From the IMG/VR virus record IMGVR_UViG_3300044858_003398: DNA of 64,000 nt, one strand, 5' to 3'. The first letter of the stretch is position 1. Every line of letters starts with the position of its first letter. The DNA is from a virus. Of the stretch, positions 1 through 8,641 are shown one piece after another. The translations under genes and the position numbers were made by a program. The notes under the pieces are model-generated. The model was not told where the DNA came from. It made no database searches and worked only from the letters and a program-made list of their open reading frames with translations.

Positions 1-43
1 CACTACTCTGGGATCAGGTAAAAACTTGCGGTATAAATAATGA

Positions 44-559
44 TTGGGAGGCGTAGCTATGGGTATGTTTACGGGCTTAAGAGCCCATGTTGAAGTTCAT
101 CCAAAATTTAGGGGGCTAATCGCCTCTCTCCACTCAGACGATGAATCAATGCGTTGGGAAAAGTCTATCGAGACTAACCAGCATAATTTCCCCGACGAGG
201 CAGACTCGCTAAAGAAATGGTGCAGGTTTGATCGGTGTGGTTTTATTCCTTTCGGAATGCTAGCCTATATGCCAGACGATTTTGGCGATAGGGTAGAAAA
301 CCCAGATGGTGGCAGTCGTTACGATAAAGAAACTGGTTTTTGGGAGTTCGCTTGCTCTCTTAAGAATTACGAGGGGGAAATTGAATTCTTCGTCGAGAAT
401 GTCTTGAAAAAGATATCTACTCTACACTATTGCGAGAGTCTCTATGAGGAATTCCCCTATCCAGACATGCCCCATCTGTTTGATAATAGGCCCACTCCAT
501 GCCTAAGCCGTGATGAGTATGCCCATTGGAAACAATTTGTTACGGACTGGACCAAATGA
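44..559 (+). CDS. hypothetical phage protein
   Basis: 171-aa ORF whose stop overlaps the next ATG (ATGA); no recognised motif. Confidence 0.6.
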   Translation: MGGVAMGMFTGLRAHVEVHPKFRGLIASLHSDDESMRWEKSIETNQHNFPDEADSLKKWCRFDRCGFIPFGMLAYMPDDFGDRVENPDGGSRYDKETGFWEFACSLKNYEGEIEFFVENVLKKISTLHYCESLYEEFPYPDMPHLFDNRPTPCLSRDEYAHWKQFVTDWTK

Positions 560-798
560 ACGAAGCAGCGAGAAAATTGATCAAAGAGTGGGATGAGGCC
601 AACGGAGAAGGTTGGTCTGATTGTTCTGAGAGCATAGCTCAGATCATGAGGGACTTTGCCAAGGCCCAAATAGTCAAACTCCTAAAAGATCTGAAAGATC
701 TAAGACGACACGAAATGGAATTTCGTTGGACTTCTATGTATTATATAAATCCTGACGAGCTAGATGCTTTGGTACAAAGCTGGGAGGAGAAGCTTTGA
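556..798 (+). CDS. hypothetical protein
   Basis: ATG at 556 coupled to the upstream stop; 80 aa. Confidence 0.55.
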   Translation: MNEAARKLIKEWDEANGEGWSDCSESIAQIMRDFAKAQIVKLLKDLKDLRRHEMEFRWTSMYYINPDELDALVQSWEEKL

Positions 799-1205
799 CT
801 CTATACGAACTCATCAAAGATGGACTTGATAGGAATATAGTAGTCTTCGACCAAGAATCTAATATCCTCTCAAAACGCCTCCTATGTCTAATGATCCAGT
901 CGGCTAGGAAAGCTGGGATAGAGCCAACTACCTTCTATATTGATGATATTGCTACTGCTGATCTTATGAGTGAACTTGCTGGGATCGAAGCATGGCCAGA
1001 TAAAAATCAACAGACTATCTACGGCCTCAATATCTTCTTCGTAGAGGGGCTAGATACAGCCCATGAAGTACATGAATTCCAATCCTTCTATAAAAAAATG
1101 GGTGGCACATTCCCTTCTCCATTTCAGACTCCGTGGTTACGAAAGACTAAAGATAGTCTGATAGTACTGGCCAGTAAAGATAAAGCCATTCTTGGATGCT
1201 ACTAA
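795..1205 (+). CDS. hypothetical protein resembling the C-terminal half of a phage major capsid protein
   Basis: Blocks GLDRNIVVFD..SKRLLCLM, IYGLNI, EFQSFY, KDSLI, AILGCY recall the capsid C-terminal half of uncultured large phages (recall only). Confidence 0.45.
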   Translation: MTLYELIKDGLDRNIVVFDQESNILSKRLLCLMIQSARKAGIEPTTFYIDDIATADLMSELAGIEAWPDKNQQTIYGLNIFFVEGLDTAHEVHEFQSFYKKMGGTFPSPFQTPWLRKTKDSLIVLASKDKAILGCY

Positions 1206-1223
1206 TAGAAAGGCGAAGCCCTC

Positions 1224-1604
1224 ATGGTATACGATACTGGCAGGACCAATCCTATCCCGACAAATACGGCTCGTCCAGCCGGAGAGTTCGGCTGCATAGG
1301 TGAACGAACCTGCAATTCCTGCGGGGCAGTAGTTGGAGATTCAATATGCATGTGTATGGGAATCTTTACGTGTCCTAGGTGTGGCGAAGAAAATAACCAA
1401 TCCTTTTTGGGAAGTTATACCGTGATATCTGATGAAGCATTGGATAACATCTACATCGGATTGGGTATATCAAATCCTCCGCCTACACCGCCGAACAACT
1501 CTGCTATAGCTGAAGACTTCCCAGAAGAGATTGGTGACATCATTGCTAAGCTTAGCAAGGAAGAAGCCACTAAGCTACTCTCCTATATAAGGACTAAGCC
1601 TTGA
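1224..1604 (+). CDS. Zn-ribbon protein with Pro-rich linker and helical C-terminus
   Basis: CNSC...CPRC motifs, then PPPTPP linker. Confidence 0.55.
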   Translation: MVYDTGRTNPIPTNTARPAGEFGCIGERTCNSCGAVVGDSICMCMGIFTCPRCGEENNQSFLGSYTVISDEALDNIYIGLGISNPPPTPPNNSAIAEDFPEEIGDIIAKLSKEEATKLLSYIRTKP

Positions 1605-2068
1605 ACCAACTAACCGCCATCTATCTCGCCGAAAAGGCAAAACAAAGCCTAGCCAAAATCGGCATGTATATTCCCGAGGTTACGGTCTACAATTCCGGTC
1701 TCGACATGATGCAAGGTATTTGGCCCACTGAGTGGGAAGAGATGCTCAAGTACTACAAGGAGTATACCTCTGATAAGAAGTACGTAGCAGCATATTCAGA
1801 CGAGGATGGCGAGCTTCTCTATCACAAGCAGGTATATCGTCAGCCATCCCTGAACAACCAGATGTGCCTACTTGGTCTTGCGACCAACCCGGTATCAGTA
1901 ACTCATGAGGGATGCGGGATGAAAGACTTCACTTTTACCGTGTTCCACGAAATCGCCCACGTTCTTTACGAAACTCGCGACGAAGTCACTTGCAATAGCT
2001 TCGCCCTATTGTATAATAACTTGCTGTGGGCTACGCCTGCAACGAAAGAACAACGATGCCTCATGTAA
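1601..2068 (+). CDS. HExxH metallopeptidase-like protein (ImmA/IrrE-like)
   Basis: FHEIAH...E..CNSFA matches the HExxH...ExxAxxFA pattern. Confidence 0.55.
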   Translation: MNQLTAIYLAEKAKQSLAKIGMYIPEVTVYNSGLDMMQGIWPTEWEEMLKYYKEYTSDKKYVAAYSDEDGELLYHKQVYRQPSLNNQMCLLGLATNPVSVTHEGCGMKDFTFTVFHEIAHVLYETRDEVTCNSFALLYNNLLWATPATKEQRCLM

Positions 2069-2283
2069 GCCCATGCTTCAATTGTAAGCAACCGAGCACA
2101 AAAACTGTGCTAAAAGATCAGATTTGGAAGTGCAAATCTGGTGGGATTGTACATAGAGTTGTGGTGCCGGAACTCATAGTCAACATGTGTCTCGCCTGCG
2201 GCGAGCATACTATTGGTGGTGATGGTGACGAACAAATTACTGTGGCTCTCGAAGCCCATACCTCTCAACCATGTGGATGCTAA
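2056..2283 (+). CDS. YgiT-type / MqsA N-terminal-like zinc finger protein
   Basis: CFNC...VVVPEL...CLACGE. Confidence 0.55.
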   Translation: MPHVSPCFNCKQPSTKTVLKDQIWKCKSGGIVHRVVVPELIVNMCLACGEHTIGGDGDEQITVALEAHTSQPCGC

Positions 2284-2343
2284 GAGGCTACGCCTCACAG
2301 TAAAAGAGAAGGGGTGGCGGGGCTAAACTCTGCCGTTACGACC

Positions 2344-2592
2344 ATGAATGATCAGTGGATTAGTTTTGGAACATCGCTACCAAATGTCGGAGACAGCATC
2401 AGAATCAAATTTGATGATGGGACAGAGTTCCCAAAAGAATATGGAGTAATTACATCTATCCGCCATATCAAAGATCTTGGAGGAAATGATTGTATCTACA
2501 TGCCTGTATATTCTGAGAATGCTTGGACTTTAGATAGCGACAAATACATCGGAAGTATAGTCAAAGATACATATTTCTGGAGACTGACATGA
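2344..2592 (+). CDS. hypothetical protein
   Basis: ORF coupled to the next gene. Confidence 0.5.
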   Translation: MNDQWISFGTSLPNVGDSIRIKFDDGTEFPKEYGVITSIRHIKDLGGNDCIYMPVYSENAWTLDSDKYIGSIVKDTYFWRLT

Positions 2593-2840
2593 GTGAAAAT
2601 CCGCACATGTGGGAATACTGGAAAGACAAGCGTGGATCTCCCTCTGAAGCATTGGAGGCGGATTACCCGAACCATCTAAAATCAAGTATACGGCTTCAGG
2701 TCGCACTTGCTCAAGTTAAAAATGGGCAAGATATGATAGATCAATTGATGAAAGAAGAAGAACAAGCAATAAGAGATGCCTACTCTTATGATGATCTTAG
2801 TGGGATTCTAGGAAAGCCTTTCGGGAGTTGCGGTGGATGA
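2589..2840 (+). CDS. hypothetical protein
   Basis: 83-aa ORF with ATGA overlaps. Confidence 0.5.
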   Translation: MSENPHMWEYWKDKRGSPSEALEADYPNHLKSSIRLQVALAQVKNGQDMIDQLMKEEEQAIRDAYSYDDLSGILGKPFGSCGG

Positions 2841-3199
2841 TCTACAAAATGTGTGATAGAACAGACGGAGTAGCCGGTCACGTCTGTATCGCTAGATCCA
2901 AGGATGGAAAATATTGGGAGTTCTGGAACAGAGGAAGGTGGCTGGCTGTGTGCGATAGGGATAAACAAATAGATTACATCTATGATGTATTTGATAATCT
3001 GATGGATCTAAACCAGTATCATGCCATCAATCTCTTGATGAAGTACATACTAATCGCAGAAGATCCAATCGATATCAATTTGGCCGTTCTGGTGATAACC
3101 TTGCCCATCAAATACAACGCTACTATCATTGAAATTCGGCAAAAATTCCTTGATCGAGTGTCGTATCACGACCGAGATCTGATTGTGGGGCTAGAATGA
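2837..3199 (+). CDS. hypothetical protein
   Basis: ORF with ATGA overlaps on both sides. Confidence 0.5.
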   Translation: MIYKMCDRTDGVAGHVCIARSKDGKYWEFWNRGRWLAVCDRDKQIDYIYDVFDNLMDLNQYHAINLLMKYILIAEDPIDINLAVLVITLPIKYNATIIEIRQKFLDRVSYHDRDLIVGLE

Positions 3200-3432
3200 C
3201 ACTATTTGATATGATCAAAGACTGGCGTAGGGTCTCCATAAACAAAAGGCCAGATAATGAAGTCATACCATTCCATCGTGACATAGTTGAGAGAATGAGA
3301 GAAAAGTTTGGGCCTGACGCAGTCATACTTTCCTTCTCTGGTGCTGAAGGTGGCTTATTTGGTGTCGGAATCATAATTGCCTTAAATCAATCTGGTGATA
3401 TAATCGCCACTGAACAAACTTTTATTTCATAA
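3196..3432 (+). CDS. hypothetical protein
   Basis: 78-aa ORF in the same operon. Confidence 0.5.
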   Translation: MTLFDMIKDWRRVSINKRPDNEVIPFHRDIVERMREKFGPDAVILSFSGAEGGLFGVGIIIALNQSGDIIATEQTFIS

Positions 3433-3442
3433 GGCGAAGCCA

Positions 3443-6169
3443 ATGACCGGACTCTCCCCAGAACAAATTACCTCCCTAGAACGCCACCTAGAAATAGAAG
3501 ATGGTGGAGCCATTTCCTTTTTACTGGAAGAAGAGTCGCTTCGCGACTCGCTACCTGACGGTAAGGCCTATTATGAGCACATCATAAGTTCTGTAGAGTT
3601 AGACCGCTCCAATCCTAAGAACTCCTACATCATGTACATAGCAGGCAAGGTTGATAGAATAGACATGTCAAAGCCATGCCTATTCACGAAGGCATCAACC
3701 GCCCTGCCTGATATTGACGTAGACTTTCCTACGGATTATCGTGAGAAAGCTATCGACTACGTCAGGACTAAGTATGGGGCAGACAAAGTCTGCCAGATTA
3801 CGACCTTCGGTCGGCTATCGGGACGCTCAGCAGTTAAGGCTGTCATGCGAGTCGAGGGCGGATACGACTTTGAGACGATGAATATCGTTACTGAAGGAAT
3901 CCCCGATGAAGCCGCCATCTCCGATCAATTAGAGGAGACTGGCGAAGACAGTATCCTCTCATGGATGCTCCATAATGATGGGGATAAGATTGCCGATTAT
4001 TGTCGTCTTGAGGATGGTATCTTAGTCGGCGACTACGCCGACATCTTCCGTAAGGCTATCGCTCTAGAGGGAACCTTCCAGAATCAGGGCAAACACGCAG
4101 CAGGCGTTATCATTTCCTCTGAGGAAGTGGCCAAAGTTAGCCCAATGTGCCTCGCCAAAGATGGCTCGGCGATAGCCGCCTTTGACATGGCATGGCTGGA
4201 GAAGGCCGGTCTTGTTAAGTTCGACTTTCTCGGGGTAGATATTCTCAATAAGATTCAGGAGGCATGGGGTCCCGACATAGTAAATGTCCCTTTTACTGAT
4301 GAAGAAGCATGGGACGTTATCTGTGGTGGGAATACTAAGGGGTGTTTCCAGATTGAGAACCATCTAGGGAGAGACTGGTCTAAGGAAATCCGCCCACGCA
4401 ATATCGAAGAGCTTTCTGCTGTAATTTCCGTGATCCGCCCCGGCAGCTTGATGGCTCGGGATGAGTCTGGCAGATCCATGACTAAAGTTTATGCCGACAG
4501 GAAGAACGGGTTGGAGCCCGTTGAGGATAACCCAATCAATCGAGTAATTGATACTTATGGTGTCCTCGTATATCAGGAGACACTACAGATCATAGCAAAG
4601 ATCTTGGCTGGATTCAATTGTGCAGATGGTATCAAGCTGATGAAATCGGTCGGTAAAAAAGATGCCAAACTTCTCTTTTCTCTTGAAGATAAGTTCCTGT
4701 CGGGATGTCTTAAGACTGGTACTATACCTAAAGATGATGCAGTTAAATTATTCACTAACATTAAATCTAGTGCCCGCTACCTTTTTAATAAATCTATTTC
4801 TAGTGAATCAATAACTAAATGTCGCGATGGATCTACAAAGACCATAGCACAAATTCAGGCTGGCGACGAGGTGATGACCCCAACAGGCTTCGCGAAAGTA
4901 ATAGCTAAATACGATCATGGGGTTATGGATACTTATTCAGCCACATTCTCAAATGGATCGAATGTTCGGTGTAGTATTAATCACAAGTTCTTATGTGAGA
5001 ATGGTGATATCCTACCCCTTGGACAAATACTTTATGAAGGAAGGCGAGTAATTGCTGAATCAGAAACAGTAGAAATAATATACTTGGACTATGTGGGGAA
5101 AGAGAATCTTTGGGACATAGAGATAGATTCTGAGGATCATATTTACTTCGCCAACGGAGTTGCCACAAGTAACTCCCATGGAGTTTCGTACTCATACCCA
5201 TGCTACTGGTCGGCATATATCAAGGCCCACAAACCACTAAAGTTCTATGAGGTATGGTTAAAATATTCGTCTCATAAGTTAGATCCTCATGCTGAGGTTC
5301 GTAACCTAGTACTTTCGGCGAAGCTTGACAACATTGAGATCCTCCCGCCCTCGTGTGAATACCTAACCGAGGGTTTCTTCATTAAAGACAACTCCGTTGT
5401 CTTCGGATTGTCACATATCAAAGGTGTAGCTAATCGCGAATTAGAGAAGCTATTCGCATTAATGAGGACGCACGGAGTCCGTGCGTCTCTCGTTACTTAC
5501 TTGACTGAGATTCTCCCCCATATCAACAAGAGAACCTGTGAAGCACTGATTAACTGTGGCTGCTTCCATTATCTCGGAGTATCCCGTGCAGCTTTGCTGC
5601 ACTATTACGAGTGCTTCTCAGACCTCTCCGACAAGGAGCTGGTCTTCTTTCAGGACAAGTCCTTCAAGACGCCAGCAGAAGCCTTGGAAGCGGCTTGTCT
5701 GCTTAAGAAGGAAGGCGGGGCTTGTGCCACCAAAGGAAGAGTTGAAAAGCTCAAAATAATACTTGAACGTCTGACAAATCCGGGTAGAATCTTACATGAC
5801 CTGCCGGGGAAGATCGCTGCGTCCGAAGAGGCTGCAATTGGTACGACTTTGTCGTGCAGCTATATGGATGCTTGCTTAGCGGCAGGCGTAGCAGATACTA
5901 CATGTAAAGAAATCATGAGGGGCAAGCCGGGCAAGAGGACTATCGTTGTCAGAATCACAGAAGTTAAGGAACACATAATCAAGTCGTCAGACAAGAAGAT
6001 GGCATTTCTGACCGTATCTGATGACACGGCAGAGATCGATAATGTGGTCTGCTTTGCTGACCAGTATGAGCAGTTTGGCAGATTTATGTTCGATGGGGCG
6101 ATGGTCGCCATCTATGGGGAACTCGGTAAAAAGAAAAGTTTCGTAATTGATCGCTGCACAGAATTATAA
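3443..6169 (+). CDS. dnaE: DNA polymerase III alpha subunit (family C), lacking PHP domain, intein-containing
   Basis: PDIDVDF, GKHAAGVII, KFDFLG, FQIE, IRPG, VYQE, FNK/SH, C-terminal OB fold (MAFLTVSD). Confidence 0.93.
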   Translation: MTGLSPEQITSLERHLEIEDGGAISFLLEEESLRDSLPDGKAYYEHIISSVELDRSNPKNSYIMYIAGKVDRIDMSKPCLFTKASTALPDIDVDFPTDYREKAIDYVRTKYGADKVCQITTFGRLSGRSAVKAVMRVEGGYDFETMNIVTEGIPDEAAISDQLEETGEDSILSWMLHNDGDKIADYCRLEDGILVGDYADIFRKAIALEGTFQNQGKHAAGVIISSEEVAKVSPMCLAKDGSAIAAFDMAWLEKAGLVKFDFLGVDILNKIQEAWGPDIVNVPFTDEEAWDVICGGNTKGCFQIENHLGRDWSKEIRPRNIEELSAVISVIRPGSLMARDESGRSMTKVYADRKNGLEPVEDNPINRVIDTYGVLVYQETLQIIAKILAGFNCADGIKLMKSVGKKDAKLLFSLEDKFLSGCLKTGTIPKDDAVKLFTNIKSSARYLFNKSISSESITKCRDGSTKTIAQIQAGDEVMTPTGFAKVIAKYDHGVMDTYSATFSNGSNVRCSINHKFLCENGDILPLGQILYEGRRVIAESETVEIIYLDYVGKENLWDIEIDSEDHIYFANGVATSNSHGVSYSYPCYWSAYIKAHKPLKFYEVWLKYSSHKLDPHAEVRNLVLSAKLDNIEILPPSCEYLTEGFFIKDNSVVFGLSHIKGVANRELEKLFALMRTHGVRASLVTYLTEILPHINKRTCEALINCGCFHYLGVSRAALLHYYECFSDLSDKELVFFQDKSFKTPAEALEAACLLKKEGGACATKGRVEKLKIILERLTNPGRILHDLPGKIAASEEAAIGTTLSCSYMDACLAAGVADTTCKEIMRGKPGKRTIVVRITEVKEHIIKSSDKKMAFLTVSDDTAEIDNVVCFADQYEQFGRFMFDGAMVAIYGELGKKKSFVIDRCTEL
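4793..5173 (+). mobile_element. mini-intein (127 aa) in DnaE
   Basis: Interrupts FNK|SH; starts SISSES, block B CSINHKF, ends WDIEID..HIYFANGVATSN; no endonuclease domain. Confidence 0.88.
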
Positions 6170-6182
6170 AGGAGCTTTAGTC

Positions 6183-6350
6183 ATGACAATCTCTAAGATC
6201 TTAATCATCATTGGGGTTCTAGGCGAATGCTGGGTCTGGCTCGCCTTCTTCAAGACGCGAGTCCCCCAACGCTTCCTCTCGAAGGTCTCCTTCGTGTCTG
6301 GTTCTGCTGTTTTATTCGGTCTCGTCGGCTATTTAGCTGACCTTTACTAG
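6183..6350 (+). CDS. small membrane protein
   Basis: Two hydrophobic segments; GGAG upstream of the ATG. Confidence 0.5.
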   Translation: MTISKILIIIGVLGECWVWLAFFKTRVPQRFLSKVSFVSGSAVLFGLVGYLADLY

Positions 6351-6358
6351 GCTTCGCC

Positions 6359-7249
6359 ATGAAATTCACATTCCGAGTAGAGCCCAAAAAGCTCGATAAC
6401 TGGATGATAAATAAATTGAACGGTATCAAAAACTCAAATGGGCTCTTCCGCCTATTGGAGGCTGGATACTCTTGGCATTTACCTATCTATATTTCCCCAG
6501 ACGATGTAGCAAATAACATCTGCTGCATCTGGTCGAAGTATGTGTTCCTTAATGCTGAGAAGCTCCGTAGCTTCTTTGTCCAACACGACGGTAAAAAGAA
6601 ATTGACATACTATTCTGGCGGGAACTACCACCCAGATAGAATGCCTGAGTTTATGGATGGCCTGACGCGGCTAATCAGTGCTGATCAGGCCAAAGACAAC
6701 CTGTCATGGATGGACTACTCTTCTACTGTTAGTATGCCTACTGACAAATTGATCAGGACAGTGGCTAAGTTAGCTTCTCAGAAGGCCTACTACGAGTATA
6801 GCTGCGTGCTATGCTGTGGATTCTCGCAGGTTGAACTGGGCGGCACCTTAGAGGACTGGGAGCGTCTCTGGAAGCTAGTAGAAGACATGCCAACTCCGGA
6901 CGACTTCCTGACCATCTGGCGGGCGAAACTCCTACAGACGATCACTGGGATTCTCTCGGGAGAGGAAGACTTCTGGCAGAGATGTCTGACAGCAGAAAGA
7001 TATGGCAGTGGCGGTCAGACCAAAAGAACTGGCTGGATTCTGAATTTCAACCCGATCAACGACAAGGGAGAAATTCTAGCCCTGATCGAGGATAAGGATA
7101 TCCTCGATCTAACTGTTGACTTTGATCTTAGCGTCGATGATAATGGGAACGTGTTCGATCTTAATATCTCAGCCGGTCCTACTCGTGTTGGTGCTGGCGA
7201 TTACCTAGCTGTCCAAAACACTTTTCAGGTAAAGCAAATAAATGTCTGA
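6359..7249 (+). CDS. DUF4419-like protein
   Basis: HLPIYISPDD, NAEKLRSFFVQHDGKK, CGFSQVELGGTLEDW, GWI motifs. Confidence 0.7.
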   Translation: MKFTFRVEPKKLDNWMINKLNGIKNSNGLFRLLEAGYSWHLPIYISPDDVANNICCIWSKYVFLNAEKLRSFFVQHDGKKKLTYYSGGNYHPDRMPEFMDGLTRLISADQAKDNLSWMDYSSTVSMPTDKLIRTVAKLASQKAYYEYSCVLCCGFSQVELGGTLEDWERLWKLVEDMPTPDDFLTIWRAKLLQTITGILSGEEDFWQRCLTAERYGSGGQTKRTGWILNFNPINDKGEILALIEDKDILDLTVDFDLSVDDNGNVFDLNISAGPTRVGAGDYLAVQNTFQVKQINV

Positions 7250-7487
7250 AGAAATTAGAATCAGGGCCGATATTTGGGATTTATGTAATCGAAAACATGC
7301 TTGTGAAGTATCCTCAGCCCCTGATACAGGCGTAGCTACTCAAATCGAGCTTGCTAGACTCATGGGTGAAGCATTTCGGGTGCTATCGCGACACCTAGTC
7401 GCCCCACCAGATGACCATCTTATTTTACAGATTTTTGCTAGTGCTGCTATAGACTCAGACCTCGTCTTTGACGAGGAGACCGACTAA
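7242..7487 (+). CDS. hypothetical protein
   Basis: Last + strand ORF before the convergent operon. Confidence 0.45.
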   Translation: MSEEIRIRADIWDLCNRKHACEVSSAPDTGVATQIELARLMGEAFRVLSRHLVAPPDDHLILQIFASAAIDSDLVFDEETD

Positions 7488-7864
7488 AACGGCGGCAATT
7501 CGTCCGGTGGACCGATCACTACGTCCTTTGGGACGTAGATATCCTTATCAATCATAGAGAAAAGGACCCTATTTGGGTCGGCTGAAGCCGGAGACAAAAT
7601 CTTCGGCTTTTTCTTTTTGGTCTTTGACTTTTTAGGCTTAGTTTTCGGGGACGCGGCCCAGTCGGCGAACTTGTTGACAAGTTCAGTGACGGCCTTAGCC
7701 GTCCCATATCTGCTATAAAGTACTGCAAAGCACTCCCCATGGAGTTCCTCATTATTGAGCCCCTCAGGTCGGTAAGCCCACAGGAGGCCTGCCAAGATAT
7801 TGTCTGACAGGTTATCAATAGCTTTGCCCTTGTGTTTACCACACGGTATGCGATAGGAGGTCAT
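7484..7864 (-). CDS. hypothetical protein with P(F/C)GKHKG motif (DUF3820-like) and basic tail
   Basis: IPCGKHKGKAI; Lys-rich linker; PPF end; ATG overlaps the upstream stop. Confidence 0.5.
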   Translation of the reverse strand: MTSYRIPCGKHKGKAIDNLSDNILAGLLWAYRPEGLNNEELHGECFAVLYSRYGTAKAVTELVNKFADWAASPKTKPKKSKTKKKKPKILSPASADPNRVLFSMIDKDIYVPKDVVIGPPDELPPF

Positions 7865-8292
7865 AATCTCGCTCTGTTTCTCATATTCGTAGATGACTCT
7901 ACTTTTGGCAAATCTAGAAAGACCTGATCGATCCCCAACTCCTGACACACCAATGACTCATTAGAATTCTGGTTGGCTGGATTTCTATCTCCACTATTGA
8001 AAAAAATGATCTGGTTGCCGCCAGACCTAGAGTGGATGAGCCGGAGGCTCTCACAAACACTTGAATCAGTATCAATGGACAATACTACTTCATCGATCCA
8101 CCTAATTGATTCTGCAATTTCTACTCTAGCTAATTCTCCCAATATGGGGACATTACCCTTCAGACGAACCTGAGCATCGTTGTTTACTATAAAAATGAGC
8201 CTATCACATAACCAAGATGCAGCTTTAACATACTGACAATGACCATGATGAATCGGATTTAGATGGCCTGAGGCCACTCCGTATCTAAACAT
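7861..8292 (-). CDS. cytidylyl/adenylyltransferase (HxGH; TagD/RfaE-II-like)
   Basis: SGHLNPIHHGH, VNND, GDR, ESST. Confidence 0.85.
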   Translation of the reverse strand: MFRYGVASGHLNPIHHGHCQYVKAASWLCDRLIFIVNNDAQVRLKGNVPILGELARVEIAESIRWIDEVVLSIDTDSSVCESLRLIHSRSGGNQIIFFNSGDRNPANQNSNESLVCQELGIDQVFLDLPKVESSTNMRNRARL

Positions 8293-8641
8293 GAATACCT
8301 ACCAGCCCTGTATTGCGGACTAGATTGACGGCTATCGCCGTCTGAAGCCCGCTCGGTTTGATATCATTGATCAATACTCTTGGCCCCACAGGAAGCCCCA
8401 TAACGAGTTGATCCCAGAATAGGCCATAAGACGCCAATTGATCCTCTGTAACTCTCCTACAGCCCTCTGGGCGAGCCGTGGTGAGGATGATGTAATAGTC
8501 CTTGGCTCTCCACTCGCAGAACTTCTCTTGAACACCCGGTAAAAGAGATGGGCGTTCTGTCATCATGTGGGGCAGATCAATCAAATGCTCCCATAAGACG
8601 CCATCGATATCTGAGAATATAGTGTGTCTTAATTCCCTCAT
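8285..8641 (-). CDS. small HAD-family phosphatase (capsule-biosynthesis type)
   Basis: DIDGV motif I, TTAR, RVLINDIKP. Confidence 0.8.
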   Translation of the reverse strand: MRELRHTIFSDIDGVLWEHLIDLPHMMTERPSLLPGVQEKFCEWRAKDYYIILTTARPEGCRRVTEDQLASYGLFWDQLVMGLPVGPRVLINDIKPSGLQTAIAVNLVRNTGLVGIHV

